Assembly: GCF_006345805.1 (NCBI RefSeq)
Contig: NC_043004.1
Coordinates: 101,618,001 to 101,682,000, forward strand
Length of the DNA: 64,000 nt
Direction: 5' to 3'
From: Octopus sinensis
Taxonomy: Eukaryota
Of this stretch, positions 58,495 through 64,000 are shown piece by piece. A program made the translations under genes and the position numbers. The number at the start of each line of letters is the position of its first letter. The first letter of the stretch is position 1. Under the pieces are notes generated by a model. That model saw only the letters and a program-made list of their open reading frames with translations. It did no database searches and was not told where the DNA came from.

Positions 58495-59848
58495 TTACTT
58501 AGGAGAAGTACTTGTCTTGCATTTGATATGATCTGATACCATGTGTTGAAACTGTTACAGTTGCTGTGTGGAAAAAAGCATAACCATTCTAAAACACATG
58601 AAACCTGCAGTGGAACTGTGTCAGTGACCAGGTTGCAGTAAACATGATGAAAATTTTAACACCAAGTAATAAATGTTTAAGTTAACAGTTTTTGTGTGTG
58701 CTTAAATGGTTAATATGTCTTCCACACTATAATTGTCATGTATATATATATATATAATAGTGTATAAACAATTTATGTATTTATACACAAAAGAGGTGAC
58801 CTTTGACAAGACACCTTACATGCTAGGAAGGGCAGTTAAAGCCCAAACCATGAATAAGGGCAATTTCAAAGGGAATGAAAATAAAAATATATTTGTAGCC
58901 ACCGGTATGAAAATTTTTCTAAATTTTCTACCCTTATTATTTTCACGGTATATACCTATATATATGTACATACTTGTATTTATATAATAGAGATACATCA
59001 TTATGTCCATTTTCCAGGCAGACATGGAATAGGATGATTCAACAGGATTCAGTAGGTTTCAAGTTTACGTCTTGTTGCAATGTCTCATTTTTGGCTTGAT
59101 TTCTATAGTTGGATGCCCTCTCTAATACCAACTATTAGAGTGTAATGGGTGCATTATACTACTTTATAGAGTGTAATGGGTGCATTTCTTTTCTTGGCAC
59201 CAGCATTATAGACCTTGCATTGTAGTTTGCTAAGTGAAGAAGAGTTCCTATAATGGAAGTAATAGACTTATTGTGAAAGGACAGTAATGGAGAGAATATC
59301 AGAGGATACAGCATCGGGATGAGAGTAAAGGAGAATCACACATATACATACATTCATATGCACACCAACTCCTCTCTACCAAATATTTTGGCTTTGTGTC
59401 TAAGGAATTCTTCGGGGTAACAGGTTGATGGAATGGTTAGAGTATCAGAAAAAAAAAAAGATGCTTTGCCACCTTAATTCTGGATCGTTACCTTCTGAGT
59501 TCAAATCCTGCCAAGTTCAAATTTTCCTGTCATCTTTTCAAGGTTGATCAAATATAGAACCATTCAAGTACAGAGGTTGACGTAATCGACCAGCCTCCTC
59601 CTCTGAAAATTGCTAGTCTTGTGCCTAAATGAGAAACAGTTATTATTGTAATTATTAGCAAGAAGCAAGCTGCTGACAATTGAGTCTACAGCTTGGTTAT
59701 GATTTCTGATGTCATCCCCTTTTTCTTCATTAACACATAAAATAAGTTTAAGTCTCATTCCAATTAAAAAAAGGGAAAATATTTTATTTTATAAGTGTCT
59801 GATTGCAGATTTTTAACTGCAACACAACTTCTTTTGGTCTTCAGCCTA

Positions 59849-59881
<33 letters not shown>

Positions 59882-61153
59882 TGCCATCATTGTTGTCATC
59901 ATCATCATGGATTTATTTTAGTTACTATCCATTTGTTTCTCTATTTCATGTCATCCATTTTTTTGTTTTTTGGTGGGGGAGGATGTCTGTGAAGGAAAAA
60001 TGTTTATTATGATGGTAATAACAAGTACATAATAATAATAATAATAATTCTCAAAAATATAAATCTTTGTTTTTCTTTTTTAATTGATAGCTTTTGTGTT
60101 ATTTTCAGTTGTTCATCCTTTGATGTGTGTTAACTGATAAATAACAAAACAGTGATGATGTTATATTTGCAGAAATGTCAAAAAAAAATATTGCAGGTGA
60201 GAGCAGTCGAACATCACAACCCAAGAAATATACATCGAATAAATGAAGCTAACCACCACCACTCACAACATCATCATCATCATCATCATTTAACGTCCGC
60301 TTTCCATGCTGGCATGGGTTGGACGGTTCAACTGGGGTCTGGGAAGTCAGAAGGCTGCACCAGGCCCAGTCTGATTTGGCAGTGTTTCTACAGCTTGATG
60401 CCCTTCCTAACACCAACCACTCTGTGAGTGTAGTGGGTGCTTTTTACGTGCCACCGGCACAGGTGCCAGACAAAACTGCCAATGACCACGGTCGGATGGT
60501 GCTTTTTATGTGCCACCGGCACTGGTATCAGATTTGCCACTGGCACTAACAAATATAACCATTCATACTATAACCACCAATAATCCTACATATACTACCT
60601 GATAAAATACAGAGTGGGTATGGTTAGAATGCCTTTGCTGGTTCTCCTTAGAGGAATTTTGATAAATTCTTTGAATAGAAACCTATTTTAGTGCTTTCAG
60701 CAATGACAACAGAGGAAAGTTGCTCCTCACTTGCTGCTCAAAATGCACCATAAATGCTTGATTATATAATGGAAGGCAAGGTTTACGATATTGGAAGAAT
60801 ATCGTCGTCTTCCATCATCTTTTTGTTCAGGCTTCCGGCAGGCAAAGAGAGAAGACTTCGAGTACGAATGCTATTTACACCTGGTTTTATTTACAAGTTT
60901 CACAGGAAAGGTGAAGTGTGCTGCTCTCAGCAACCGTCTTTAGCTGTGTGCGTTGTGCAGTAGCTCCGATAGTGCGGATGCAAGTAGCCTCTGGAGGTAC
61001 ACATGCAGACAGGCCCAGCCAGTGGTGTGTTCAGCAAGTGCTGCTGTGAAGTGGCGCCAAAAGAGACAGATCTGAATTGGGTTTTCCATCGCGAGCCTCG
61101 TGATCTTGTGCATGGCAAATGGATGCAGGTGAGGTCTCGCTCCAGTCTAGTCT

Positions 61154-61590
61154 TTGAAACCATGGTGCCTGTACATCAATATGAAGCAGCGTAAGGAGTG
61201 GCTTAGCCCCGGTAAACAAGCAACATCGCACGTGAAACAAGATCTTCATCTGCGTAAAACGATGTTGTGCATATGGTGGGACTGGGAAGGGATTATCCAT
61301 TACGAATTGCTTGAATGGAACCAAACGGTCAACACGGAACTCTGTGTTCAACACATGGAATGACTCAACATGACTATTCGAGAGAAAAGACCTAATCACC
61401 AGCATGGAGTTCTGCTGCACAACAACGTCCACCCTCATATCACCAATATGACCAAGGAAGTCATTCAAATGCATGGCTGGGAAGTGCTGCCACACCTACC
61501 GTACTCTCCTGATTTGGCATCAACGGATTTCCACCTCTTTTGATCTCTTTCAAATGCTATGTGTGGGGTTTTATTCAATACTGATGCAGA
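61154..61590 (+). pseudogene. mariner transposase remnant (catalytic region)
   Basis: WCLYINMKQRKEWL...LCIWWDWEGIIHYELL...*...LLHNNVHPH...LPYSPDLASTDFHLF*; two in-frame stops; HDNA changed to HNNV; N-terminus and TIRs not found. Confidence 0.9.
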
Positions 61591-62728
61591 CCACAAATAA
61601 AATGTAAAACACAAACTGCATAAGCAGGAATGACTCTCATTCTGTTTTCACTACGTACAGTAGTTGGAGAGGTTCGGTAGGAACATCTGGCTATGTATGA
61701 GAACTTCTCAACCGTCATCAGACAAGCACATCAACTTACTTGATTTTAGATGCAGAAATTGGACATCAATCCACTCTTGGAAATTTTTTGTTCCTGTTGG
61801 GTGGAAAATTCCACAAAAGCAGCCTTCAACTATAGCACTACGAAAGCTGGATTTCGATTGAAGAGATAGGGTGGGAGCGAGTAAATACGTTTTATATACA
61901 AGAGATGTGGTGAAGAGGAGCCTCAGTTAGAATCCTCAAGGGACAAGAAATACATCATGTTTGGTGGGCAAGTGAATAATGCTCGAGATGTTTTTTACAT
62001 TTCTCTGTTGGATGAATGTGATACAATCCCTTATTTCTCACAAGGCCGTGTAAAGCAATAGCTACGAAATTTCACCATTTGAAGGAATCGAAATTTATTT
62101 GTGCAGAATCTCTTCGTCAGCAAGCCAATAATTTTGAGGATCTATAAGTGAAATATACGAGCTTGTTTGGGTGCAACAATGGGAATAGTTCACAAGGTAT
62201 TTGGTACCAATCTGGATGGGAATAGTCGAAAATTTACATTTCTAAAACTTACTGTAGAAACTGAAATGTTTCACATTGAATAAGTTGTAATTTTTCAAGA
62301 TACAGATTCATTACTGCAAACATCTACTGCCTCTTCTTTTGCCACAACTTTGTCAATGAATGATTCCTAAGAAATTTAACATGAAGTTGGTTTAAAACGA
62401 GACAAAATTTCAAAGTTTTAATAAATGTGTAGTTAACGAAAACGACGACTTTCACATTAAATCTTGAAATCTATTTTAACGAACAGTGGTGAGCCCTTAG
62501 TACTAAATAAGGTCCCTAACTTTGTTCTGTGTATTCACTCAGCTGCTACATATTGCAACTAAATTATCTATAAGTCAAACCATACCGCCTTTAATAAGAT
62601 AGTATTTAAGACGATATTGGATAAGGTTGTATTTGATATGCGATGCATGCAAAAAAGACGAAATGGTCAAGGTTGGGACGCTTTTGATTATAAGACTGCT
62701 GGAAATTGATATGAATTGATATCTAATT

Positions 62729-62963
62729 CAGTGATTCTCAACCGGGCCCCATACAAGATTTTGCTGTTAGGGTTTGTGTGCAATAAATTGGTTATACTTC
62801 TACTATATACGAAATATTTAATATTTTTTTTTAACAATTCCTAATAATATTTAATTATAAAAATACAACAGGATTTTTTAAAACATTGAATGGCTGTGGC
62901 GATCCAGCTGCGTAAAACAGGAATCAAAGGAGTCCATAGGCAAAAAATGGTTGAGAATCACTA
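62729..62963. mobile_element. hAT MITE
   Basis: CAGTGATTCTCAACC...GGTTGAGAATCACTA with perfect 8-bp TSD ATCTAATT. Confidence 0.88.
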
Positions 62964-63009
62964 ATCTAATTGTAGGTGCACTACAGTTAAAAAAGAGAAA
63001 AAAGTGGTA

Positions 63010-63340
63010 TCAGGTGCACTGATGGCAAATTTCAGGACGGAAATTTTGAAGGATGTAGTGTCTCGACAGCTAACAGCTGATGCAGGTACTTTATTCCATG
63101 CTTCAGCAATTCTGAGCGGGGAAAATGTTTCCGAAAGTCATGAGTGTTGTACTACCAAGTCAGTTACCAGACGTTTGAGCTTTAATGTGTCCATTCGTAG
63201 GGAAGCAAGACGGTCAGAGTATGGGAGATGCCTGACGGCAGGTATTCATTCTTTGGTTGCACGTTTCTGAACAGTTTCCAGGGAATTGATATGCCGAGCA
63301 AGCTAGGGGTTCCAGACTGGTAGTGCAATAAGTGTAGACG
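63010..63340 (-). mobile_element. degraded CR1-clade LINE fragment
   Basis: Frameshifted INSLETVQKRATK / RHLPYSDRLASLRMDTLKLKRL / RIAEAWNKVP; similar to 1-240. Confidence 0.8.
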
Positions 63341-64000
63341 TACCATAGTCAAACATGGTTTTAAATATTTAAATAGATAGCTGGAGAGCCGCTGACAAAG
63401 GTCTTACTGAGTGACGCTTAGACACCCTCAGTCTTTTTGACAATCTTAGAGATGTGGTTTGTCCAACACAGATTACTGTTTAAAATTGAAAAAAAAAGGC
63501 AACATCAGCATAAACTACAAAAATATTATTATCGTCATCGTCATCGTCCCACTTTTGTCCATAATCTTCTATTGTAAGGCATTTAAAGCTATTTACATTT
63601 TTCATTATCTTACTACAATGATGCTGAGAGAATATCAAAAGAACAAAACATTAACAGCAATAGTATTTAAATATAGCGACCATGAAAGCAACTAGACAGA
63701 GACCTCTGCCACCACCACTACTACTACTAATACTAATACTAAGAAAATTTGTAGAATTCTCATACGATTTTCATGAAATAATCATATTAGATTTGTTTTA
63801 TAGACATAAAAATATCGTGGCATTAAGTTGCAGTTTACCAAGTTAAGTCTTAACAACAACAGTTGATACTTTATCCTTTGTAATATATCGCATCTGTAGC
63901 AAAGCCTTTGACCTCTGTATGACCGAGTCTTGTTCTCGTTTTGTCCCCAGATCAAGCCTGATTAGGTACACCTACCAATGTACAACTTTGAACATATATT

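Overview
AT-rich, intron-rich animal genomic DNA. The SINE/MITE/microsatellite content suggests an Octopus-like cephalopod (inference). The window holds the 3' three-quarters of a + strand MED23 (Mediator subunit 23) gene. I traced 24 coding exons by hand from 351 to the stop at 54870 (3006 nt, 1001 aa plus stop). All have GT-AG boundaries and intron phases that chain without a frameshift. The 5' exons lie upstream of the window. Two introns (40117-42437 and the last, 51307-54659) carry U12 minor-spliceosome signals: GTATCCTTT donors and TTCCTTAAC-type branch sites 11-12 nt before the acceptor. The introns and 3' flank are packed with at least five SINE-like families, CR1 fragments, Tc1/mariner remnants, an internally deleted piggyBac, TTAA and hAT MITEs (some nested three deep), Helentron-like elements and microsatellites. 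The most striking non-coding feature is the number of long inverted repeats in the pre-mRNA: a 225-bp-arm Tc1-derived foldback, three 68-81-bp-arm hairpins beside (TA)n tracts (one with a degenerate hammerhead-like core, one just after the stop codon), a chain of alternating 17-nt palindromes, and inverted SINE pairs. No tRNA, rRNA or CRISPR feature is supported. Almost all ORFs in the supplied track are repeat or microsatellite translations. TE family names are from recalled motifs, not database searches.
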